Assembly: GCA_050261575.1 (NCBI GenBank)
Contig: JBLNDL010000043.1
Location: 12,115 to 76,114, forward strand
Origin: Sphingomonadaceae bacterium
GTDB lineage: Bacteria > Chloroflexota > UBA6077
Length of the DNA stretch: 64,000 nt
Direction: 5' to 3'
Position numbers and translations under genes: made by a program. The notes under the pieces are model-generated. The model saw nothing but the letters and a program-made list of their open reading frames with translations. It was not told the DNA's origin and searched no databases. This document shows positions 56,022 through 64,000 of the stretch, piece after piece; positions within the stretch are counted from its first letter, which is position 1; each line of letters opens with the position of its first letter.

Positions 56022-56498
56022 ATGTCGATGGATAGGGCCGCCGTCGCCGACCCGGGAACGGTACGAAGGGCGGCGTCGGATGCCCGCAGAAGGGGCAAAC
56101 GTATCCGGTTCGCCATCGCGGGTCTGATCCTAGTGGCTGCTCTCGGGTACATGATCTACTCGGGCATCGCCAGCAATTCCGAGTACTACCTCACGGTATC
56201 GGAGGTGTACACCCTGGGGGCCCAGGCCCAGGAGAGCCAGATCAAGATCGGGGGGACGGTGGTGGAAGGGAGCGTGGTCTGGGAGCGGGCAACGAACGCC
56301 GTCAGCTTCGACATCACGGACGAGAAGGGCAAGAGATTGCCGGTCATCTACGCGGGGGTGGTGCCCGACTCCTTCCAGCCGGGGGCCGAGGTGATCCTGG
56401 AGGGTAAGCTACAACAGGACGGCAGATTCGCCGCCACCACGCTTCTGGCCAAGTGCGCCTCCAAGTACGAGCCGCAGATCCCAGGGATGGGCGGGTAG
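56022..56498 (+). CDS. ccmE: Cytochrome c-type biogenesis protein CcmE, Cys-variant (CXXXY instead of HXXXY)
   Basis: Membrane anchor plus OB-fold (VSFDITDEKGKRLPVIYAGVVPDSFQPGAEVILEGK) and a C-terminal LLAKCASKYEP where canonical CcmE has LAKHDENYTP. Confidence 0.8.
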   Translation: MSMDRAAVADPGTVRRAASDARRRGKRIRFAIAGLILVAALGYMIYSGIASNSEYYLTVSEVYTLGAQAQESQIKIGGTVVEGSVVWERATNAVSFDITDEKGKRLPVIYAGVVPDSFQPGAEVILEGKLQQDGRFAATTLLAKCASKYEPQIPGMGG

Positions 56499-56740
56499 CA
56501 CATCGCCACAGGTCTGGCGTGTACTCGAGCGTAGGGCAGGGACGAGCCCCTGCCCCCCCAACTCTAAGCTCGCCTCAAGACTCCCTTCAGCCCCCTCTAA
56601 GCTCGTGCATGTACCCTTGGAATCCACCGTGGGGCAGTGCGGCTATCGCGACTCTGAGATCTGCCGCCCCCTACCTGCGTCATGCGTTCACGCGTCACGC
56701 TCCACGTGGGTCCTGCTTACCGAAACCAGATCATGGAGGG

Positions 56741-56992
56741 TCAACTGCGCTCGGGCAGGCTCTTCGGCGTCTCCTGCTTGGAGTCGTGGCAGGAGGGCTG
56801 GTCCTGCTTCCCGCGGCCCAGCATCCCCTTCATCATGAAGATGTGAAGGAGAGGGCACAGCGCCACGAGGGCATAGGTGGCAAGGCTGCTCAGGGGGATA
56901 TTCAGGATCGTCACGGCGAAGACGGCCACCATGGGAATGAGGCAGCAGAGCAGCATGATCATCATGTGCCGGTTGCCGGAGTGTTGATGCAC
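56741..56992 (-). CDS. Small His-rich N-terminus / Cys-Cys membrane protein (DUF2933-like?)
   Basis: MHQHSGNRHMMIMLLCCLIPMVAVFAVTILNIP...; overlapping opposite-strand ORFs look non-coding. Low confidence. Confidence 0.35.
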   Translation of the reverse strand: MHQHSGNRHMMIMLLCCLIPMVAVFAVTILNIPLSSLATYALVALCPLLHIFMMKGMLGRGKQDQPSCHDSKQETPKSLPERS

Positions 56993-57110
56993 GGTCCACC
57001 TCCGTCGGTTCCTCTGCCCTCCGGGGCAGGCACCGTACAGTCTGCCAGACCATGGTTAAGGCGCGGTTAGGGACAGCTTAGGTCGAACTGAGAATCCTTG
57101 GGAGATTGCC

Positions 57111-57779
57111 ATGAAGATACTGGTAGTAGAGGACGACGAAGAGATGCGCAGCCTGCTGCTGCGAACCCTCACCTACGAGGGCTACGTGGTCGATGCGGTG
57201 GCCACAGGCGAAGAGGCCATAGAGCGGGCGGCTCCAGTACCCCCGGATCTCGTCGTTCTGGACCTCATGCTACCCGGTATCGACGGGTTGGAGGTGTGCA
57301 GTCGCCTGCGGGCCGGTTGCGGAGTCCCGATACTGATGCTGACGGCGCGGCGTGCCCTGGCAGACAAGGTGGCCGGGTTCGAGCGCGGTGCCGACGACTA
57401 CCTGGTGAAGCCCTTCGCCCTGGAGGAGTTCGCGATACGGGTCAAGGCGCTCCTCCGCCGCAGCGGCCTGAACCCGGGCTCTCGCCTCCGCTGCGGCGAC
57501 CTGACGATGGATCTGGCCTCCAGAGAGGTATGGCGGGGCGATCGGCAGATCGTTCTCACCGCCAAGGAGTTCGATCTGCTGGAGCTGCTGATGCGCCATT
57601 GCCGACAGGTGCTCAGACGGGAGCTGATCTACGACCGGTTGTGGCGATACGACTTCGGCGGCGAGTCGAACATCATAGACGTCTACATCCGGTATCTGCG
57701 CTCGAAGCTGAACGCTCAGGGTGAGCCGGAGCTGATCCACACAGTCCGCGGCGTCGGCTACGTGCTGAAGGAGGGCTGA
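57111..57779 (+). CDS. OmpR-family response regulator
   Basis: MKILVVEDDEEMRSLL...LVVLDLMLPGIDG plus a winged-helix output domain. Confidence 0.85.
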   Translation: MKILVVEDDEEMRSLLLRTLTYEGYVVDAVATGEEAIERAAPVPPDLVVLDLMLPGIDGLEVCSRLRAGCGVPILMLTARRALADKVAGFERGADDYLVKPFALEEFAIRVKALLRRSGLNPGSRLRCGDLTMDLASREVWRGDRQIVLTAKEFDLLELLMRHCRQVLRRELIYDRLWRYDFGGESNIIDVYIRYLRSKLNAQGEPELIHTVRGVGYVLKEG

Positions 57780-57785
57780 CGCGCC

Positions 57786-59186
57786 TTGCTTCCCCTGCGG
57801 TGGCGGCTCACTCTCTGGTTCAGCACGCTCCTGGGGCTCACCCTGTCAGCTTCCGGTCTGCTCACCTACGTCGTCGCCAGCCATCGGCTGATGGGCGAGA
57901 TGGACGACCAGTTGCAGCAGGTGGCCAACCAGGTCCATCGCGAGCTGAACATCCCCCAGCAGGAGCAGCTCGATCTGCTCTCCGTGGCCCCGAGCCGGCT
58001 GGTGCCCGCATCCAGTGAGTTCTCCGCGCCGGGCCTATACGTCCAGGTCGTGGACGAGCAGGGCGCCGTCGTGGCCACCTCCCCCAACTTGAGAGGTGAA
58101 CAGCTACCGATGCAGCCATCACTCGTATGGGCGGGCCTGAAGGGCAGGGCCACGGTGGAGACCCTCATCTCGGCCTCACAGGAGGAGGTGCGGGTGAGGA
58201 CGGTGCCGATGATTCACGGGGAGAGCGTCCTGGGGTTGGTCCAGGTGGGTCAATCGCTGCACCACGTGAATCAAACCCTTCGGTGGCTAGGCTTCCTGCT
58301 GGCCGTGGGCGTCGCCGCGGTGTGGTCGCTGGCCGTGCTGGTTGGCTGGATCCTTGCCGGCCGTGCCCTCCAGCCTGTGAGCGCCATCACAGAGGCTGCC
58401 GCAGGGATCGCAGCCACCGGGGACTTCGGGGAACGGATCGCCTACTCGGGTCCCCGGGACGAGATCGGGCGGCTCGCGGCCACCTTCAACCGAATGATCG
58501 ACCGATTGGAATCCACATTCCAGTCCCAGAAGCAGTTCATTGCCGATTGCTCCCACGAACTGGGCACACCCATCGCGGTCATTCGAGGCAACGCGGATCT
58601 GCTCAACCGGCCCCTGCCGCCGAAGGAGGCGCGGGAGTCACTGCGGGCGATCCAGTCGGAGGCAGCCCGCATGGAGCGGATCGTCACCGACCTGCTGGAG
58701 ATGGCCGAGTTGGATCTGGCCGGTGACAGCCTTACCCAGCCGCTGCGGCTCGACCATCTGGTGCGGGAGGTGTTCGGCGCCACACGCCCAGTCGCCAGCG
58801 GCAGGGACTTCGCCCTGGCTCGGGTGGAGCCGGTGACAGTGACAGGGAACCCCGACCGGCTTCGAGAGCTGCTGCTGAACCTGGTGGACAACGCCATCAA
58901 GTACACGCCCGAGAGGGGGAAGATCAGTTTATCGGTTCGGAAGGATGGCCCCTGGGGGGAGGTAGCGGTGACCGATACAGGGATTGGGATACCGGTGGAG
59001 GAGCAGGATAGGATCTTCGATCGCTTCTATCGGGTGGACAAGGCCCGATCTCGGGCAAGCGGAGGGACGGGGCTGGGGCTCGCCATAGCCAAGGCCATCG
59101 CCGAGGGACACGGGGGTCGCATCTCGGTGGTCAGCGAGCCGGGCCGGGGTAGCAGCTTCCTGGTGCGACTGCCACACGCAGGCTGA
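57786..59186 (+). CDS. Sensor histidine kinase (two TM, HAMP, HisKA, HATPase_c)
   Basis: H-box ADCSHELGTPIAVI; G boxes DTGIGIP / GGTGLGLAI. Confidence 0.85.
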   Translation: MLPLRWRLTLWFSTLLGLTLSASGLLTYVVASHRLMGEMDDQLQQVANQVHRELNIPQQEQLDLLSVAPSRLVPASSEFSAPGLYVQVVDEQGAVVATSPNLRGEQLPMQPSLVWAGLKGRATVETLISASQEEVRVRTVPMIHGESVLGLVQVGQSLHHVNQTLRWLGFLLAVGVAAVWSLAVLVGWILAGRALQPVSAITEAAAGIAATGDFGERIAYSGPRDEIGRLAATFNRMIDRLESTFQSQKQFIADCSHELGTPIAVIRGNADLLNRPLPPKEARESLRAIQSEAARMERIVTDLLEMAELDLAGDSLTQPLRLDHLVREVFGATRPVASGRDFALARVEPVTVTGNPDRLRELLLNLVDNAIKYTPERGKISLSVRKDGPWGEVAVTDTGIGIPVEEQDRIFDRFYRVDKARSRASGGTGLGLAIAKAIAEGHGGRISVVSEPGRGSSFLVRLPHAG

Positions 59187-59266
59187 AGCCAGCGGCTGCG
59201 ACGCCGGCCTGACCGGGCCATGGTTTCGCGATGGATGGCCGATCTCGTAAACCAAGGGGGTAAGGG

Positions 59267-59713
59267 ATGGTGCGCACCTCGACTGGAGTGGGGGCAGAGC
59301 GTCTGAGGTTTCTTGCGGTGGCCGCCACTCTGGCCCTGTGTCTGGTCGTCGCCGCTCTCCTCACTTCGGGGCTGGGACTCGTGTTCTCGAACGCCGATGG
59401 TCCTGCTACCGGAAGTGAAGTCCCCTACTTGGGCATCACCTACGTTCCCCTGTCCCACGAACTGGCCGCTCGTTACGGTGTGGAGGCTGGAACCGGGGTG
59501 CTGGTCACCGACGTTGCCGAAGGCAGTCCGGCGCGACGAGCTGGGCTGAGGCGAGGCGACATCCTTCTATCGGTCGATTCCGTTCCGCTCTCCCAGCCGT
59601 CGACGTTGATCGGGTTGCTGTCCGACCGGCGGTCTGGCGACCGGATCCCCCTTCAGCGAGTGAGGGACGGCCAGACGGCTAAAGTGGAACTGATCCTCGG
59701 CGCCAGGCGGTAG
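59267..59713 (+). CDS. Membrane-anchored PDZ-domain protein
   Basis: Signal-anchor plus PDZ core (GVLVTDVAEGSPARRAGLRRGDILLSVDSVPL). Confidence 0.65.
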   Translation: MVRTSTGVGAERLRFLAVAATLALCLVVAALLTSGLGLVFSNADGPATGSEVPYLGITYVPLSHELAARYGVEAGTGVLVTDVAEGSPARRAGLRRGDILLSVDSVPLSQPSTLIGLLSDRRSGDRIPLQRVRDGQTAKVELILGARR

Positions 59714-59721
59714 ATAGGAAG

Positions 59722-59757
59722 ATCAGTTGGGGCGACCGGCCGGTCGCCCCAACTGAT
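59722..59757. terminator. Perfect 36-nt palindrome (18-bp stem) between convergent genes; bidirectional terminator candidate
   Basis: gatcagttggggcgaccgg|ccggtcgccccaactgat; 9 nt after the PDZ gene stop and 26 nt after the minus-strand gene stop. Confidence 0.5.
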
Positions 59758-59782
59758 TCTGGCCCCGCCTGCATCCGAGTGT

Positions 59783-61024
59783 CTAGGACCGGACCGGTGC
59801 ACCCCTGGAGCCCGCCTGCTGCCGCAGGATGTGCACCAACCTCTCCTTCTTCTCGGCACGCAACCTCTCGTAGTCGCCCCGGCCGATCTGGCCGGCCTCG
59901 TACCAGTCGTCGAGGTTGGCAATGGCGGCCAGCAGATCCCGCTTCTCCAGCTCCAGCAGAGCAGGGTTGATCGGCGCTGCGCGCCGAGAGCGCTTGGAGG
60001 TCGCCGGGTGGGAGAGGCTGTAGGCTGGGACCGGTGCCGGCTCCGCCGCGCGCTTTCGGAGCAGGAGGAAGGCGGCAGCCAGCGCGGCCAGGACGCCCAC
60101 GGCCACCCCTATCAGGGCAAGGGGGCCACCGGGGATCCCGCCCTGGGGCAGTCCCTGAAGGTTGACGTTCAGGGTGGTGTCTACCGGCAGCTTGTCGCCG
60201 CTGAACAGTTGGTAGGTGGTGCCCTGGATGTTCTGGGTTCCGTGGTTGGCCAGGCCGGAGATCTCCGCCCGCACCCCGTTGGGCACCAGCACCTGCACCT
60301 TCTCCACATTCTGCTGCAGAGTCGTGGCGAAGGAGAGGGTCGTGCCGTCGTAGGGGATCTTGTAGGAATAGATCTTCTGGGTCTCGCCGGGATAGAGAGG
60401 CATGGTGTCTACGAAGCCCGCCCCGTCCTTGACTATGCAGCAGCTCATCAGGGTATCGCCGTACTCCAGGTTCCTGGCGCCCGCGGGCGGCAGGTAGCGG
60501 CTCGTCTCACGCTGGTCCGTTCCCACCTCGCGAGAGCCGATGTAGGTCTTGTCGGAGTCGTTGCGCATCACCAGGATCTCGCTGACCTCCAACTCGCCCT
60601 TGCCCACGTTCAGCAGGTAGTGCTTGGCGATGGTCTTGACCACGTCGGCCTGAGCGGTGGAATCGTAGACCTTGAGGGTCACCTCCTTGACCTCGCCGTT
60701 GCCGGAGAAGGAGACCCTGGGCGCAGAGTAGTCAGCCTTCTGATAGTTGGTGGTGGCCTCGTAGGAGTAGTTGGAACTGGTATCCAGCCCCGTGAACTCG
60801 AAGTTGCCCTGGGCGTCGGTCTTGGCGGTTACCTTGTTGCGCTCCGTCTGGCCGAAGTAGGCGGTAAGGGTAACGTCGATCCCCTCCACGCTGCCACCAC
60901 CAGCGGTTGCGTTCAGCAGCTTGCCCTTGATGGTGCCGCCCTCCGCTGCATAGGCGGGCGAGGCGAGGAGGGCAACGGCCAGGACCGCCGCACCCAGGAG
61001 CCGGACGGTATTGGAACTAAGCAT
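59783..61024 (-). CDS. Secreted, C-terminally membrane-anchored protein with carboxypeptidase-regulatory-like beta-sandwich domain(s)
   Basis: Signal peptide (AVLAVALLASPAYAAEG); a CarbopepD_reg-like segment (TIKGKLLNATAGGGSVEGIDVTLTAYFGQTE...TDAQGNFEFTGL); a C-terminal TM (LALIGVAVGVLAALAAAFLLL) and a charged tail. Confidence 0.6.
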   Translation of the reverse strand: MLSSNTVRLLGAAVLAVALLASPAYAAEGGTIKGKLLNATAGGGSVEGIDVTLTAYFGQTERNKVTAKTDAQGNFEFTGLDTSSNYSYEATTNYQKADYSAPRVSFSGNGEVKEVTLKVYDSTAQADVVKTIAKHYLLNVGKGELEVSEILVMRNDSDKTYIGSREVGTDQRETSRYLPPAGARNLEYGDTLMSCCIVKDGAGFVDTMPLYPGETQKIYSYKIPYDGTTLSFATTLQQNVEKVQVLVPNGVRAEISGLANHGTQNIQGTTYQLFSGDKLPVDTTLNVNLQGLPQGGIPGGPLALIGVAVGVLAALAAAFLLLRKRAAEPAPVPAYSLSHPATSKRSRRAAPINPALLELEKRDLLAAIANLDDWYEAGQIGRGDYERLRAEKKERLVHILRQQAGSRGAPVRS

Positions 61025-61802
61025 TGGCGCCTCCTACTGCTGTCTCTTCCGAGGTCGTCCGCCCACGGTCGGCGAGAGGCTTCCCGCAGGCGGAACAGAA
61101 GCGATCTCCCGCTTCCGCCGGCTCTCCGCAGACCGAGCACCTCGTCTGCAGGGAGGCGCCGCAGCTGGAGCAGAAGGCTGCCGCGGGGTTCCTCAAGGGC
61201 GAGCTGCAGGAGGGGCAGGCAGTGCCGATGGGGGATGAGGGGGCTGCCGCCTTCTGCCCCGGAGCGCCGGGACCGCCGTTGGGGACAACACCGGCTCTGC
61301 GGTGTTGGCGGAGGCTCGCCACCTCTCGCTCGATCAGATCCTCTTCGCGGCTGGTGGCCCTCCCCGACTTGCGGGGCGCATTGCGACGCAGGGATGCCAC
61401 CTCCTGCTCGATGACGTCCTCCAGCCTTCCGCTTCGGGGCCTGCCTATCTGCACACCGGCCACCGCCGGGGGCAGGGTGTCCAGGAGGCCACTCCTGCCT
61501 TCCGGCTCCACGACCCCGTCGATGATCTTCAGCAGGGCTATCGCCTTGTCCTCGTACCGGCTCGCCAGCTCCTGGTAGTCCCGCTTGGAGAGGTTCCCCA
61601 TGGCGTGGTCGAACTCCAGCTCCTTCATCGCCGTGTAGGTGGCCTCCTTCTGGAGCAGCAACTCCTCCAGGACGGACTCCTCCGACCCTTCCGATCCGTG
61701 CACCTCTTGTGACGGCCGGCCGGTCAGCAGGGGCCAGGCAACGAAGGTGGCCACCCCCACCGCCGACACCAGCATCACCGCCAAGGTCATCTCCGCTGTC
61801 AC
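61017..61802 (-). CDS. Membrane protein with coiled-coil segment, tandem 22-aa repeat and C-terminal double zinc-ribbon
   Basis: N-terminal TM; a repeat (EDVIEQEVASLRRNAPRKSGRA / EDLIEREVASLRQHRRAGVVP); CPSC...CSSCG...CSVCG...CSACG. Confidence 0.55.
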   Translation of the reverse strand: MTAEMTLAVMLVSAVGVATFVAWPLLTGRPSQEVHGSEGSEESVLEELLLQKEATYTAMKELEFDHAMGNLSKRDYQELASRYEDKAIALLKIIDGVVEPEGRSGLLDTLPPAVAGVQIGRPRSGRLEDVIEQEVASLRRNAPRKSGRATSREEDLIEREVASLRQHRRAGVVPNGGPGAPGQKAAAPSSPIGTACPSCSSPLRNPAAAFCSSCGASLQTRCSVCGEPAEAGDRFCSACGKPLADRGRTTSEETAVGGANA

Positions 61803-61818
61803 GGCTATCGACCTCCTT

Positions 61819-62367
61819 TCACTCGAAACGCTCCAGCTCTGCCGCCAGTCGAGAGCGGTAGCTGTCGATGTCGGCCGAGCCCGGCCGGCTCGCGGCGGCT
61901 CTCACGTAGGCGTCGTAGATCTTCCGCTGCCGAACCCAGGTGGCCACCAGGAACGCGATCAGCACGCCCCCCGCCAGGATCGCCGCGAAGGGGGTGACCC
62001 AGGCCGTCAGGTTGAAGCCCTGCTTGGTGGGGGCGGCGAGGATCCGCTCCCCGTACTGGGATACCAGGGTGTCGATGATCTTCTGCTTGGACCAGCCCGC
62101 GGCCACCTTCTCCTTGACGAAGCCCCGCATGGCCACCGACTCGGGCATCTGGCAGACGGCCAGGGTCTCAACGCAGTCGGACGGGCACATCAACTCGTTG
62201 ATCAGATCGGAGGCGTCGTCAGCCAGGGCCGGCGCCCAGGTGGCCAGCAGCAGAAGGAGAGATAACAGCATCGGGATGATGCAGGCTCGGCCCTGAAGGG
62301 CCGGGTTAACCCGGCCGTCGTCAACCTGGCCCTTCAGGGCCGGAGTCTCGAGCCTCATTTCGCTCAC
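61819..62367 (-). CDS. ccmH: Cytochrome c-type biogenesis protein CcmH/CycL-like
   Basis: Signal sequence then ...LMCPSDCVETLAVCQMPES...KQKIIDTLVSQYGERILAAP (the CcmH family pattern around the Cys motif), and a C-terminal TM. The true start may be the internal ATG at 62271. Confidence 0.65.
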   Translation of the reverse strand: MSEMRLETPALKGQVDDGRVNPALQGRACIIPMLLSLLLLLATWAPALADDASDLINELMCPSDCVETLAVCQMPESVAMRGFVKEKVAAGWSKQKIIDTLVSQYGERILAAPTKQGFNLTAWVTPFAAILAGGVLIAFLVATWVRQRKIYDAYVRAAASRPGSADIDSYRSRLAAELERFE

Positions 62368-64000
62368 CTACCCTTCTGCCCCTGCCAGTGCGGCCGCTCG
62401 CTGTGCGGCCTGGCGGGCCTCAGCCCTTCGCCTCTCCCTGGCGTCGGGCCAGTAGGCGATTGCCGTTCCCAGCAGCACCACCCAGCCCCCGATCCAGATC
62501 CACATCACGAGCGGATTGACGACGAACTTGAAGGAGGCCCTTTCCTGCTCCCAGGAGGCGAGGATCAGGTAGAGGTCCTCCAGGGGGGTGCTGCGGATGG
62601 CCACCTCGGTGTTGGGGTTGCTGTGGCTCTTGTGGAACTCCTTGGAGGGGGACATCCTCCCCAGCAGCCGGTCACCGGAGTAGACGGCTACCGTGGCGGC
62701 CACCACCTCCTTGCTCTGAGTGGGGAAGCTGTTCAGCCCCTCGTAGACCAGGCGGTAGCCGCCAATAGTGGCATCCTGGCCCTTGTCCAGCGTCACCTCC
62801 AACTCCTGCTTGTATGCCTGGGAGCCGGCCACGCCGATCGCCATCAGGATGATGCCAAGGTGGATGACGTAGCCGCCGTAGCGAGGCTTGTTGCCCCAGA
62901 TGAGGTTCAGCAGGCAGGCCAGGTAGTTGCGGTTGGTGAGCCTCCGCTTGGCGCGGGCTCCACGATAGAACTCCAGCAGCAGAGTAGCCAGGACGAATGC
63001 GCATGCCGCGAAGGCCACGACGGCGTAGACCACCCGGATCCCCAGGACGAAGTAGAGGACGGGGACGCTCGCCAGGGCCACGGAGAGCGGGTAGGCGAAG
63101 TTGCGGATCAGGTTCTCGGCGGAGGCGCGTCGCCAGCCGATTAGGGGGCAGATCCCCATCAGGATCACGAGAGCCAGCAGGATCGGCCCCTCGACCTGAT
63201 TGAAGAAGGGGGCGTTTACGGTGACCTTGACTCCCCGCACGGCTTCCGAGATGAGCGGGAAAACGGTGCCCCAGAAGACGGCGAAAGCGGCGCCCACCAG
63301 CAGCAGGTTGTTCAGCAGGAAGCTGGACTCCCGAGAAAGCATGGAGTCCAGCTCGTCCTCGCTCTTGAGGTCGGGGAGACGTGCCCACAGCAGCCCCAGA
63401 GAGCCCACCAACAGGACGACCAGCATGACGATGAAGGCCGGCCCTACGCCGGAGTCCCCGAAGGTGTGGACCGATGCGAGCACCCCGCTCCGGGTGAGGA
63501 AGGTGCCGAAGATGGTCAGGGCGAAGGTGGTGATGATGAGGGCGATGTTCCACACCTTCAGCATGCCCCGACGCTGCTGGATCATGACGGAATGCAGGTA
63601 GGCGGTGCCGGTGAGCCACGGCATGAATGAGGCGCTCTCCACCGGATCCCACCCCCAGTAGCCGCCCCAGCCCAGCTCGACGTAGGCCCATTGGGCGCCG
63701 AAGAGGTTGCCCAACGTGAGGAAGAACCAGGCGAAGAGGGTCCAACGCCTGGTGCTCCTGATCCACTCGTCACCCAGCCGGCCCGTGACGAGCGCAGCCA
63801 GGGCGAAGGCGAAGGGCACAGTGAAACCCACGTAGCCGATGTAGAGCGTGGTGGGGTGGAAGAACATGCCCATGTTCTGGAGCAGTGGATTCAGCCCCTG
63901 ACCGTCGGCAGGCACGAAAGCCATCCGTTTGAAGGGATCGGAGAAGAAGGTGAGCAGCCCCAGGAAGAAGGCCATGCAGAAGCTCATGAAGGCCGTGACC
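62368..64000 (-). CDS. ccmF: Cytochrome c-type biogenesis protein CcmF (partial; N-terminal part lies beyond the window end)
   Basis: WWD domain (ELGWGGYWGWDPVESASFMPWL), many TM helices and a C-terminal periplasmic domain; the ORF is open to position 64000. Confidence 0.85.
   Translation of the reverse strand, partial: VTAFMSFCMAFFLGLLTFFSDPFKRMAFVPADGQGLNPLLQNMGMFFHPTTLYIGYVGFTVPFAFALAALVTGRLGDEWIRSTRRWTLFAWFFLTLGNLFGAQWAYVELGWGGYWGWDPVESASFMPWLTGTAYLHSVMIQQRRGMLKVWNIALIITTFALTIFGTFLTRSGVLASVHTFGDSGVGPAFIVMLVVLLVGSLGLLWARLPDLKSEDELDSMLSRESSFLLNNLLLVGAAFAVFWGTVFPLISEAVRGVKVTVNAPFFNQVEGPILLALVILMGICPLIGWRRASAENLIRNFAYPLSVALASVPVLYFVLGIRVVYAVVAFAACAFVLATLLLEFYRGARAKRRLTNRNYLACLLNLIWGNKPRYGGYVIHLGIILMAIGVAGSQAYKQELEVTLDKGQDATIGGYRLVYEGLNSFPTQSKEVVAATVAVYSGDRLLGRMSPSKEFHKSHSNPNTEVAIRSTPLEDLYLILASWEQERASFKFVVNPLVMWIWIGGWVVLLGTAIAYWPDARERRRAEARQAAQRAAALAGAEG

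Overview
This is a high-GC (about 67-70%), gene-dense bacterial chromosomal segment with no rRNA, tRNA, CRISPR or obvious transposase genes. Coding strand alternates in blocks, with many 4-nt ATGA or 8-nt start/stop overlaps that indicate operons. All calls below come from reading the six-frame translations and the DNA itself; no database searches were run.

Content, left to right:
1. A two-component pair (partial receiver protein plus membrane GAF histidine kinase) divergent from a CDF metal exporter.
2. A D-amino-acid catabolic pair: N-acyl-D-amino-acid deacylase plus a DSD1/alanine-racemase-fold enzyme.
3. queG and an SDR oxidoreductase.
4. A stressosome-like partner-switching module: a STAS fragment, a frameshifted RsbS-like gene, two RsbT-like GHKL kinases and an RsbX-like PP2C phosphatase. 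It is wired to a soluble histidine kinase and a REC-GAF-PAS-HD-GYP response regulator rather than to a sigma factor.
5. An MFS transporter, GTP-dependent PEP carboxykinase and a DUF1786 protein.
6. A 12-kb minus-strand operon encoding lplA, E1alpha, E1beta, an AcoX-like NAD-kinase-fold protein, E2, E3, a LipB-LipA fusion, a GlcD-like FAD oxidase, a GlcF-like CCG iron-sulfur protein and a GcvH-like lipoyl carrier.
7. A Tat-secreted glycoside hydrolase flanked by roughly 75-bp direct repeats, next to an SDR gene remnant.
8. Archaeal-type phosphoglycerate mutase (ApgM) and type II GAPDH.
9. An envelope and metal-associated group: cupredoxin-like protein, Lgt, a SHOCT protein, an LTXXQ-repeat Met/His-rich lipoprotein, small His/Cys-rich membrane proteins, and an HMA-fused MerT-like protein.
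10. A sulfur-trafficking locus: CysM, a CysO/MoaD-MoeB fusion, TusA, DsrE/F/H-like proteins, and a YeeE/YeeD thiosulfate importer.
11. Two OmpR-family response regulator plus kinase pairs.
12. A candidate selenoprotein: a DUF1573 gene with an in-frame TGA followed by a hairpin, translationally coupled to a NapH-like CXnCP membrane protein.
13. System I cytochrome c maturation genes: a Cys-variant CcmE, CcmH, and a partial CcmF.

The most interesting candidates are the DUF1573 selenoprotein plus NapH-like pair, the GcvH-like/GlcD-like/GlcF-like trio and LipB-LipA fusion embedded in the lipoylation and 2-oxoacid dehydrogenase operon, the CysO-MoeB-centred sulfur relay, and the sigma-less stressosome module with an HD-GYP output.
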